Source: Haliotis rufescens (Eukaryota). Taken from it: a DNA stretch of 64,000 nucleotides. Where the stretch lies: contig NW_025964360.1 in NCBI RefSeq assembly GCF_023055435.1, forward strand, positions 496,001-560,000, given 5' to 3'. Positions 48,251 to 59,289 of the stretch are shown here, piece by piece. A program made the position numbers and the translations under genes. The notes under the pieces are model-generated. The model saw only the letters and a list, made by a program, of their open reading frames with translations, was not told the origin of the DNA and made no database searches. Numbering within the stretch: the first letter of the stretch is position 1; each line of letters begins with the position of its first letter.

Positions 48251-49936
48251 ATGACCCTGCTGACCCTGATGTACCTTTCAAAGATGCTCACGACCTGTTG
48301 CTTCACACAGAGCACTGTCAAGCAGATAAAGGAAAACATGAAATCCTATGCCAAGGGCTATGTTATCCAATACTATGTGCCTTATGTTAACACACAACCT
48401 GATGAGCATAAAATGAAGCTCTTGAAACACCTAGAGGACAACCTGCTACTAATTACCAGTACGGAGGACAAGGAGATCGATGGGATGGACACACTGGTAA
48501 AGAGAAGAAGTAAAGTTTCCACAGACGTTGAAGATAATCTTGGTCCTAAAATCAGAAGTTTGTCTGCAAAGGTTGACAGTAACGATGGCTTGCTTGTCTC
48601 CAATCCACAGAATTTGATGAGGGCAGTTTCCCGAGATGTAGAGGACAGTCTGGAACATAAGATCAGAAGTTTGTCTGCAAAGGTTGACAGTAACGATGGC
48701 TTGCTTGTCTCCAATCCTCAGAATTTGATGAAGGCAGTTTCAAGAGATGTAGAGAACAGTCTCATAGACGTCATTGAAGCGATCATCGATCAGCTACACA
48801 AAAATATGACTGGCGATGCCCAACTGTATAATGTTTTGAAAGAAGCATTGTTATCATGGTTTCAATACCATGCTGAACACGATAATATGCAACTTCACAA
48901 CCTTGACTTGGAGAATCTGATTAATTGGCTGACACTTGTGCACAACTCACGGAGAAACGTCAGCAAAGAAGAGGAATCCTTTTACACACACTGGAACACA
49001 TCCCTGCCTATCTTGAGAGATACTTTGTTGTTCGCCGATACCGTCAAACCATTGTCAACATACGTATCCCTTTCTCTGATGGGCTTGACAGATAGCTTCA
49101 TGAATCTTTACTGGCCTTTCCGTCGTGACATCAACCTAATGAACCAAAGATTAGCAGTCAAGGGTTTCAAGGGCACAGACGTGAGTGAAAGTGATGCTAA
49201 GAAAGCGTTCTTTGGCGAAATCAGAAAAATTCAGCCGATTCATCTCCCTGTGAAGAAAAATGAAATTGTACTCATCTTTGATGATGAGGACATAGCAGAT
49301 TGGTTGAACGTCACAGGAGTTATGTCCCTTTCACCAGCCTACATGGCTTCTAAGAAACACATATTCACTGGGGAAGAGCAAAAGAGGATATCGACCACTG
49401 CACATGCCGCTCTCAGGATGATCAACAACACTCATCCTGAACTCTTTGACGCAATGACACAGATGATATCCTGCATTGCTTTCTACAAACAAGAACACAA
49501 GGTTAACTTAGCTGGAGGAGTTCGCTCTGCCCTTGGTTTGTTCTGGATGGACCCGAGTGTTGGGAGAGAATGGAGCGTTCCCTTCATGGCGGAGCAAATA
49601 GTCCACGAGTACACCCACAACTCACTCAACTATGCAGAATTTGTCCATGGAACCTACAACGATAAATCCACTTTGGGAAAGGCTGAGGTGAAATCGGCCA
49701 TTCGTCTGGTTCCTCGTCCCTACGACAAATCCCTGCATGCAGCTTACGTGTCGGCGGGACTTGTAACCTTTCATTCCAGGACTGGCTATCTGGAAAGAGC
49801 TGCACAGCTGGTGGAAACTCTTCCCCAAGCCGTGCGTGATCTGGCAACTGTGGAGGCAGAGAAGCATGTGCTGGATGGGTCGGGCAGGGCAATAGTCAAG
49901 TTCCTCACTGACTACATGTACCTCACAAGACTCTGA
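48251..49936 (+). CDS. alpha-KG-HExxH-like protein, copy 3 (561 aa, 2 repeats); ORF intact but without its own promoter and exon 1
   Basis: Repeats at 48518-48763; catalytic motifs intact; M11K in the signal peptide; acceptor at 48245-48246 kept; AATAAA at 49969. Confidence 0.75.
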   Translation: MTLLTLMYLSKMLTTCCFTQSTVKQIKENMKSYAKGYVIQYYVPYVNTQPDEHKMKLLKHLEDNLLLITSTEDKEIDGMDTLVKRRSKVSTDVEDNLGPKIRSLSAKVDSNDGLLVSNPQNLMRAVSRDVEDSLEHKIRSLSAKVDSNDGLLVSNPQNLMKAVSRDVENSLIDVIEAIIDQLHKNMTGDAQLYNVLKEALLSWFQYHAEHDNMQLHNLDLENLINWLTLVHNSRRNVSKEEESFYTHWNTSLPILRDTLLFADTVKPLSTYVSLSLMGLTDSFMNLYWPFRRDINLMNQRLAVKGFKGTDVSESDAKKAFFGEIRKIQPIHLPVKKNEIVLIFDDEDIADWLNVTGVMSLSPAYMASKKHIFTGEEQKRISTTAHAALRMINNTHPELFDAMTQMISCIAFYKQEHKVNLAGGVRSALGLFWMDPSVGREWSVPFMAEQIVHEYTHNSLNYAEFVHGTYNDKSTLGKAEVKSAIRLVPRPYDKSLHAAYVSAGLVTFHSRTGYLERAAQLVETLPQAVRDLATVEAEKHVLDGSGRAIVKFLTDYMYLTRL

Positions 49937-50554
49937 ATGTTCCATGCTGATTTTATATAAACTTTTTCAATAAACGGTTGCCAACTATAACAGTTTTTAC
50001 ATTGATGTGCTTTTTGTGCAAGACAATTCAGATGTCAGAAGGTGTTCTCACATCCACACTGAACACGAACACGTTTTACTAAATGTCTGCTGTCCACTAG
50101 ATATCTTGTCAATCGATGGCGATTAGATGATACTTGATTGAGTATATCATATCTGTTCATTAATATCCCAGTCAATGGTACCCTAACTATTAAGCACTGG
50201 TCAGTGACATCACATTAACCCTCAAAAGTAATTACATACCGACAGATGGGACAGGGGAATTATTTCATCTTACAATTCAGATCCTTCAAGGGAAGAAAAG
50301 CCAGCCAGGTGGCTTCTTCCTCAATTTTGAGCTGGTCAGTGGTTTCACCAGGCCAACCAGGTAATGTGCACAGTGCACAATGCACATGTTAAGAGAATCA
50401 GTTGAGCACCGGTATCAGAAGCTATTAAGGATCAGAGTGAATAACACCACATCAAATAAGCCACCCTTGTCAGTTATTACCTTATATATAACTTGTGTCA
50501 CCTCCAATATACCCTGTGATGTTACACCTCTCCTACACTGTGTAACCTGACGCC

Positions 50555-50820
50555 TCAGTCGTCTAGAGTGCGGCGATTCGCTGTGCAGAGTTGCGTCCCT
50601 TGGGCACGCCAGAAACCTATGATTGTGTGTTCGAATCCCGGTTCGCCCCGATTATGTTTCTAGGTTTGTCAGCACCATACCCGTGCTCGTGGGTTTCAAC
50701 GAACTGGTAAACGTCTAATACCTGCATCACTTCGGGCTTTCCTCCCACATTAAGCTAAGACGCCGCGATATAACTGGAACAATGTTAAAAGCGGCGTTAA
50801 ACCAAACTCACTCACTCACT
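50555..50820 (+). mobile_element. SINE family D
   Basis: Homology; (ACTC)n tail. Confidence 0.85.
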
Positions 50821-50821
50821 C

Positions 50822-51690
50822 TTCATGTTCCACATCTTATATACTGTGTAACGTGAAACCTCCAATATACTCTGTGATGTTCCACCTCTTATAACTGTGT
50901 AACGTGACACCTCCAATATACTCTGTGATGTTCCACCTCTTATAATTGTGTAACGTGACACCTCCTATATACCCTGTGATGTTCCACCTCTTATAACTGT
51001 GTAACGTGACACCTCCAATATACCCTGTGATGTTCCACCTCTTATAACTGTGTAACGTGACACCTCCAATATACCCTGTGATGTTCCACCTCTTATAACT
51101 GTGTAACGTGACACCTCCAATATACCCTGTGATGTTCCACCTCTTATAACTGTGTAACGTGAAACTTCCAATATACCCTGTGATGTTCCACCTCTTACAA
51201 CTGTGTAACGTGAAACCTCCAATATACTCTGTGATGTTCCACCTCTTATAACTGTGTAACGTGACACCCCCAATATACCCTGTGATATTCCACCTCTTAT
51301 AACTGTGTAACGTGACACCTCCAATATACCCCGTGATGTTCCACCTCTTACAACTGTGTAACGTGACACCTCCAATATACCCCGTGATGTTCCACCTCTT
51401 ATAACTGTATAAGGTGTTACCTCCAATATACCCTGTGATGTTCTACATCTTATAACTGTGTAACGTGACACCTCCAATATACTCTGTGATGTTCCACCTC
51501 TTATAACTGTGTAACGTGACACCTCCAATATACCCTGTGATATTCCACCTCTTATAACTGTGTAACGTGACACCTCCAATATACCCTGTGATGTTCCACC
51601 TCTTATAACTGTGTAACGTGACCCCTCCAATATACCCTGTAAAGTTCCACCTCTTTTATACTGTGTAAAGTGACACCTCCAATGTACTGG
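50822..51690. repeat. 51-bp variant of satellite type I (ctgtgatgttccacctcttataactgtgtaacgtgacacctccaatatacc)
   Basis: About 16 units. Confidence 0.92.
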
Positions 51691-51869
51691 ATAAAGATAC
51701 ACCTCGAATGTTTTTGAACACCTTACACCTCAAACACGATAGATAATCGACGCCTTCAATAAACTTGGTACGGTTCAACCGCCAAAATATCTGGTAACTT
51801 TCAAAAGTTAGTGTATTGTGTAATGCAGAACCTCCAAAACAACTTGTTACGTTACACCTCCAATACCGC

Positions 51870-53452
51870 GTAATCGTACACCTCGAAAACGCTAAGAAAC
51901 GTTACACCTTCTCTATACCAGGTAATCTTACACCTCGAACACGCTAAATAACGTTACACCTTCACTACACAACGTAATCTTACACCGCGAACACGCTAAA
52001 TAACGTTACACCTTCACTATGCCAGGTAATCTTACACCTCGAACACGCTAAGTAACGTTACACCTTCACTTTACCAGGTAATCTTACACCTCGAACACGC
52101 TATGTAACGTTACACCTTCACTATGCCAGGTAATCTTAAACCTCGAACACGATAAGTAACGTTACACCTTCACTTTACCAGGTAATCTTACACCTCGAAC
52201 ACGCTAAGAAAACGTTACTCCTTCACTATGCCAGGTAATCTTACACCTCGAAAACGCTAAGTAACGTTACTCCTTCACTACACAACATAATCTTACACCT
52301 CGAACGCGCTAAGTAACGTTACACCTTCTCTTTGCCAGGTTATCTTACATCTCGAACACGCTAAGTAACGTTACACCTTCACTATGCCAGGTTATCTTAC
52401 ACCTCGAACACGCTAAGTAACGTTACACCTTCACTATGCCAGGTAAGCTTACACCTCGAACACGCTAAGTGACGTTACACCTTCACTATGCCAGGTTATC
52501 TTACACCTCGAACACGCTAAGTAACGTTACACCTTCACTATGCCAGGTAATCTTACACCTCGAACACGCTAAGTGACGTTACACCTTCACTTTGCCAGGT
52601 TATCTTACACCTCGAACACGCTAAGTAACGTTACACCTTCACTATGCAAGGTAATCTTACACCTCGAAAATGCTAAGTAACGTTACTCTTTCACTATGCC
52701 AGGAAATCTTACACCTCGAACACTCTAAGAGACGTTACACCTTCACCATGCCAGGAAATCTTACACCTCGAACATTCTAAGTAACGTTACACCTTCACTA
52801 TGCCAGGTAATCTTAAACCTCGAACACGCCAAATGACGTTACACCTTCACTATGCCAGGTAATCTTACACCTCGAACAAGCTAAGTAACGTTACACCTTC
52901 ACTATGCCAGGTAATCTTACACCTCGAACACGCTAAGTTACGTTACACCTTCACTATGCCAGGTAATCTTACACCTCGACAACGCTAAGTAACGTTACAC
53001 CTTCACTATGCCAGGTAATCTTAAACCTCGAACACGCTTAGTGACGTTACACCTTCACCATGCCAGGAAATCTTACACCTCGAACATTCTAAGTAACGTT
53101 ACACCTTCACTATGCCAGGTAATCTTACACCTCGAACACGCCAAATGACGTTACACCTTCACTATGCCAGGTAATCTTACACCTCGAACACGCTAAGTAA
53201 CGTTACACCTTCACTATGCCAGGTAATCTTACACCTCGAACACGCTAAGTAACCTTACTCATTCACTATGCCAGGTAATCTTACACCTCGAACATTCTAA
53301 GTAACGTTACACCTTCACTATGCCAGGTAATCTTACACTTCGAACACGCTAGGTAACGTTACACCTTCACTATGCCAGGTAATCTTACACCCCGAACACG
53401 CTAAGTAACGTTACACCTTCTCTATGCCAGGTAATCTTACACCTCGAACACG
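51870..53452. repeat. 52-bp satellite type III (ttacacctcgaacacgctaagtaacgttacaccttcactatgccaggtaatc), about 30 units
   Basis: Direct inspection. Confidence 0.92.
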
Positions 53453-54915
53453 TTGAGTAGTAACAGCGACGGGTATCAACATAATCTAGCTACTCTTATC
53501 AAATGGTGTTGATGTCGACGTCATTGACATGAAAACAACCCACGAAGACTTGAACTTCTATAAAATCCTATATCCTTTAATTGATAAAAGAGTTTTAAGT
53601 TTCATAATTAAGTTATTGTTTCAGAACACCTCGAAAATAGTATTAGTTAGCATGCCGATTATTGATATACACAAAAAAGAAACATTTGTGTTCTGGGTAG
53701 TTTAGGTAGGTCAAGGTTTTATTTCCTTCAAATCGTGCATTATAACACAAAGTCATTTGGAACGTCTTTCTCTTGTACAACATTTGGATCAACAGTCTAT
53801 ATGATTGTCATTGTTTCTCTATCACGTCACCACTGAATGTTTAATGCTGAATAGTGTGTTGTACAAATATTTCCGTTCGTTCATTTTCCGAAATTGTCTA
53901 TTAATTCAATCAATCAATGTTAACCTTTTCCATAATCATATAAAATCTCACCAAAAAGTCCATTTGTCTCTTGAATAGTGACGGTAATCAGATGAAGGCT
54001 AAAATGTGAGCGAATCCATCAGTAGCACCAATCACAAAAACATGCAATCCCCACATGCTAAGTGTGTGCATGTTTGACCCCATCGTCTGATACGGTGCAA
54101 TTCGCTGTGCCAGATCGTAGCTTCACATACCTGGTCACAGTTGTCGGGCCTAGTTCTCTTAGTCGCCGATGTTTTCTTGCAGAGTTGCGCCCCTTAGGCT
54201 TGAGTGGGAACCTATGATCGTGGGTTCGAACTCGAGGTTCGCCAGATTATGTTTCTTGGTTTGTCAGCACCATACCCGTACTCGTATCTTTAGAAGTGGG
54301 TCGCCACGTTCCACCAGAGAAGAGACTGGTTTAATTCTGCCCCAAATGAAGTTCATGCATTGAAAATGAAATTATTTTTTCACGTGCACTGGCTGTTTTA
54401 TGAGGGCGAATGTCGTGAATTGACTGTAAGAGCAACAATGCACGACATGACACACAACCAACCGGAACATACAATGTAACCATCCTCACCATACATATGC
54501 AGGTTTGGTTATGTTACTCGCGACGCACGCTTTCACCATGTTGAAGAATCATCCTCAGCATCCTCATCCTCAGCCACACACAAGTGCATGCTACGCGACG
54601 TTCAACCCTATTTCCAAACCCTCCCCTGCCTCCCCCCCCCCCCCCCCCCCCACCTCACCTCCCTGATACGCCCTGACATAACAGATTAACAGTTCAAGCC
54701 GAACTCAACATCACTGAAAACATCTGCCAGTTTACATTTAATATAAGATTACATCAGAGACATGCCACTGCTTTATTATCTTATCTGTTTCAAAATAACA
54801 GTAACAAAACTCTTTAAATGGTGTATTCGCTGTTTACTCATTGGAACGAGGTGAGAATAACACATCTGGTGCTGACAAAAAGGATCTATTGCGTTGTTTT
54901 CATTCTTCTAGACAG

Positions 54916-54997
54916 TATAAATATGACTTGTGATAGGTGTCCTTCATACTACACTCAAACTCCTATTCAACTACACACGTCACCAGACCAGGTAAGT
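54916..54997 (+). promoter_or_regulatory. TATA box, non-coding exon 1 and donor (CAG|GTAAGT at 54992) of copy 4
   Basis: Homologous to 29548-29627; acceptor at 59284-59285, giving a 4.3-kb intron. Confidence 0.75.
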
Positions 54998-55329
54998 TGT
55001 GACCATTTTCTACTCCAGTGGCTATGCATCCAGAACATGTGATCGCTGGTTACAATTTCAGATTTTCAGATGTGTTTTGGTTTGGCAGCACCATAAACAA
55101 GCTCCTGATTTCACCAAAGTGGTAATGGTGTAAAACCTACATGTATTACTTCTGGATTTCCTTCAACATGAAACTAACACCCGTGATATATTTGAAATAT
55201 TGTTCAAAGCACGTTAAACCAAACCCACCTACTTACTCACTCACTTAATCACTGGGTACAGCTTGATCATGAGATGAAAAACTTGTGGATTCGAGGGGTA
55301 TGGGGCTGATCTCCCTCTCTTAATGCATC

Positions 55330-55496
55330 CGGGCGGTCGGGTAGCCTAGTGGTTAAAGCGTTCGCTCGTCACGCCGAAGACCCGGGTTCGATTCCCGACA
55401 TGGGTACAATGTGTGAAGCCCATTTCTGGTGACCCCCGCCGTGATATTGCTGGAATATTGCTAAAAGCGGCGTAAAACCAAACTCACTCACTCACT
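55330..55496 (+). mobile_element. SINE family B, TSD ctcttaatgcatcc
   Basis: Flanking direct repeat; A and B boxes. Confidence 0.9.
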
Positions 55497-55694
55497 CTTA
55501 ATGCATCCATCGTATTAGGATAGAAATTGTGGTGTGAGTCGAAATCCTAGGACCGGGAAGTTGTGATGACTGAGCTAGCAGACGGTGTCATCGTAAACCA
55601 CAGTGTGGATTGTTGTTCATGCGTTCAAACACTCACTGAGTTGGGCTAATTCAATTATTTGGAGGCCGCCGGGGTATTGCTTTGAAGTAATATA

Positions 55695-56674
55695 CACTCA
55701 CGCCCAAAAGAAATTTTACCAGAGTTTAAAATCATTCTTGCTCCAAAACAACAAAACATACATGCATGAAGTAAAGTGTATTGAGACCATCAATCTATCA
55801 ACATAATCAACACTGAAAATGACAATCATACCGCCACCGAGAATGACGTAAGAGCCCCCCACAGTTGGGTGTGGTGCAAGACTCGAGCTTTCAGAATCAT
55901 GGACAATAGGCAGAGTACATTGTTGTCTTCCATCAGCCCTAAACATACAGAATCGACTTTCGTCAGTGAAGACAACCCTCTGCCAGTCATGTCGTTGCCA
56001 ACGTCGTACAGTCCGGGCCCATCTCAATCGCAGACGACGATGTTGCGCTGTCAATAGCTGTCCTCTATGTGGTCTAAAAGCCCTGATTCCATGAGCCCTG
56101 AGTCTCCTGGCCACTGTCTGTCGACTAACCCTGTGACCTAAGGCATTTGTCGCCGATGACGTCACTGTCAGGAAGCGATTTCGGAGGTGCAAGGTACGCA
56201 AGAACCGGTCATCATGGGGCGTGGTCACCCTGGGTCTGCCTGTCCTTGGCCTGTCAGCTGTCCGCCCTGTCTGTCTGTAACGTTGCATCAAGTTGGTAAC
56301 GGCAACACGGGAGCAACCGAAGGTTCGTGCAATATGGGCGTGGGTTGCTCCCATCTGTACCATACCCAAGGCTCATTCACGTTGTTCGACTGTGAGTCGT
56401 GGCATTTCTTTTGTGTTTTTCATCACTGTGGATGTCTGACTTGCCGTTGCAATCGTTTTATACCCTTACCCGCACGTACATTTGCAGTTGTCCGTGGTGC
56501 ACGTGTTTTTCACATTTTCGCGTGTTATCTCGCAAACAGGTAACAGACGATTAACATTTTCTGCATACATTATTGTTTTATTTAGGTACTTTAGATAGAC
56601 TTCATCGAAAAAAAATGTATACTTTGTCTGAAATTTATATTTTCAGTTGGTAAAGTTCCTTTTGGACGTCAGTT
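55695..56674 (-). mobile_element. Internally deleted Tc1-like transposon in the intron of copy 4
   Basis: 26-bp imperfect TIRs (CACTCACGCCCAAAAGAAATTTTACC / GGTAAAGTTCCTTTTGGACGTCAGTT) flanked by TA. Transposase starts MPRLTVEQRE* at 56405, with paired-like HTH, GRPRVTT and VVFTDESRF, then is truncated. Confidence 0.88.
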
Positions 56675-58074
56675 TATTTCTTCTCTTCATTTCCAATACT
56701 GGACTGTGCATCTAATTTACAACCGTGGTTTCAGCGATCCAATTATATAATTTTCACCGCTATGTTGCCTTTTACCCCCAATGGAATCTGTTCCGTCGAG
56801 ACTTGAGACTGGTTTTTCGCTAACGTTGACGTTTTATATGTGTTTGCTATTTGGCATTCACGTTCGTATTAACCAAGGTGAAGACCTTGATATAGAACAT
56901 GAAACCTATTGAACATTGGTGTCAAATGCTAGTATCCACACATATTATCTCCACATGGTCTCCACACCTTCAATTGAATATCATGGTTATAACAGTATCT
57001 GTCGTCCGCCCTGATGTGAAGACATGGCGTTAAACTGTGTAAGGATGGGATTTTGATTTCTCGATGATTTTATCTTACTTCAAAATAGGAAAAGGAGGGG
57101 ACATATGTATATATTGTTCTTTTCGCACTCATTGACAAACGTGCAAAACTACTCTTTACTATACAGGATCATCACTCACGTATCGAACAGTTTGGATAAA
57201 AGTATTATTAGCTCTAGCATTTTACCTTTTTATTTATTTGACCATCAACCACACTTCATCTGGACAAAGTCATCATTATTTCCAATGTTTGAGCAAATGC
57301 ATCAAAACGTATTTCCCGAACGTCTTTCATGTGAAATATTACACAGCGTTTTCGCGTTTGATTTTACTCCTTCGTCTATGATTTATGTGCCTATTTAAAA
57401 TATAGACATTGTCATCTATAAAATTTGGTTCTTGTGTGTACCAAATCTAAATGCACATCAAAGGTAAACATGAAAGAGGTGGATATGCCATTCTAAAATA
57501 TGTAAATTAAGTGATTGCTGCATATGTACCAAAAAATACCTGTATTGTTTCATAGGCATTTCTTTAAAGTTGACGGATGACAAAGTAGACACAGTTTATG
57601 GATAACAACTTCTTTATTTTACTGTAATAACGACGTTTTAGTATAGATCTTTATACCGTTGTTATAACATAACATATATGACCAATGATATATTTGGGAT
57701 AACATTTTCTGAGTAAAGTACCTCGGTTGCTGAGTGGGTAGATCGCAGACTTTGTGTGCTGGCGAGTAGTACGTAGGTGTCTTACTCTGGCAGTGTGGGT
57801 TCGAATCCCCCCAAAAGTACGATACGAGAATCTGTACTTTACTCAGAAAGTGTTTTCCCAAATATAACATTCGTTATATTTGACCACTTTCTAAATGACA
57901 TTGTGTGTTTATGGTACAGAATATATATGGTTAGTGGAGGAGTAAGAGTAACAACAATTGCATTAATGAGAGAGATTAACATGAGTAGGTAAAATAATAA
58001 CAGCAGAAGCATAATACTGTAACAACAAGAGGGACAGAAAAAACACATGATGAGGTAGCCAATAAGACAGGAAG

Positions 58075-58940
58075 TCAATAAAACAGGATTAAGCATACAT
58101 AGGTAGGGTGATTATTGCTTAATGAGTTCATAGAAGGCGGATGAAATGGCCTTGATCTCTGTTGATTGATGATTTTGTGGCGGCGAATGTGGACTGTTAG
58201 TTTAGTTCTTTCAGTGAAGTCACGGAGCAGGGGAGAGAGGATTTTTATGTTTTGCCAGTTCATGTTGTGATAAAAGCAGTTGCTGATATGGTTGGAGATG
58301 GCTGATTTACTGCCTGATTTGATGATTGAAGTTTTGTGCTCTTTGAATCTGGTGTTGACGAGGCGGGATGTCCCACCTCCATAGGATTTTCCACAGTTAT
58401 AGTCAATTTTATAAATTACACCTGTAGGTTTTTGTAGTTTGTTGTGTTTCTGCCTTTGGCAGTAGGGTATTGGGGGAGGTGGATCCGGTGAAGAAGGTGT
58501 CAATATTGGCTTGGGGTTTGATGACATGGCTTTTCCTATGAATGGAAAGGCGATGTGGAAGGGCGCTGATTCAGGTTTGGAGGTGGTAGATCTGGGTGTG
58601 GGACGATGTACAGAGATAATGACTTTGTCGATGAGTTTAGAGTGGATAAGTGTTGACGTGTGTGAAGTCTTGACGGAGATGTTTGATCTCAGGTTTGGTG
58701 TTAGCAGGGGAAAGGTTGATGGGTCGTTTGTTGAGAACAGAGATGGTGCCAATCTAGTCTTAAGGGGATTTTGAGGTTGAAGTGGATGTACTGATCAGAT
58801 TGGGAAGGCTTTCGGTAGACACTGGTTTGGATTCTGGAGACAAGGAAGGGTTGTTGGTTATTCCTTTCTGTTTCCGTGGTGAACTGTACTCAAGGGGGTT
58901 GTTGTTTTAGATGTTGTATTAGTAGGTTTTGGTCTTGGTC
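58075..58940 (-). mobile_element. Penelope-like element remnant (GIY-YIG endonuclease) in the intron of copy 4
   Basis: GVIYKIDYNCGKSYGGGTSRLVNTRFKEHK...SAISNH is a decayed PLE GIY-YIG motif. Confidence 0.7.
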
Positions 58941-59289
58941 TTGTTGTAGTATGACAAAAGTGTCGTCGACCTTTCTGTACCAGCAAATGGGATCATTAAT
59001 AAACAGTGTGACATATAAGAAAGGCACGTGATCGACTACCAAGATTGGAATAAAAGGTTAATCAGTTTTATCTAATTAATCCAACAATATCTTTAATCAA
59101 ATCGTTTTGCTTATTTTTAAGATAATTTAATCATAATTCATATATGATAACAAATACTCCTTCCATTGTTTACATTTTCTTGTGTTCATGCAGGATGTGT
59201 GAAAATGTGAAAGAGCAGTTTGCAATAAATCTCCTATGAAGCCACAATGATCTAAAAAACTGAACTATGGACTTTTTATTTACAGAAAC

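Noticed and set aside
50965-51702. 245-aa repeat ORF (GGTSQGILEVSRYTVIR)n as a peptide precursor
   Set aside because: It is the open frame of a 51-bp satellite variant. The homologous arrays after other copies are 52 bp and not open, and there is no signal peptide or gene signal.
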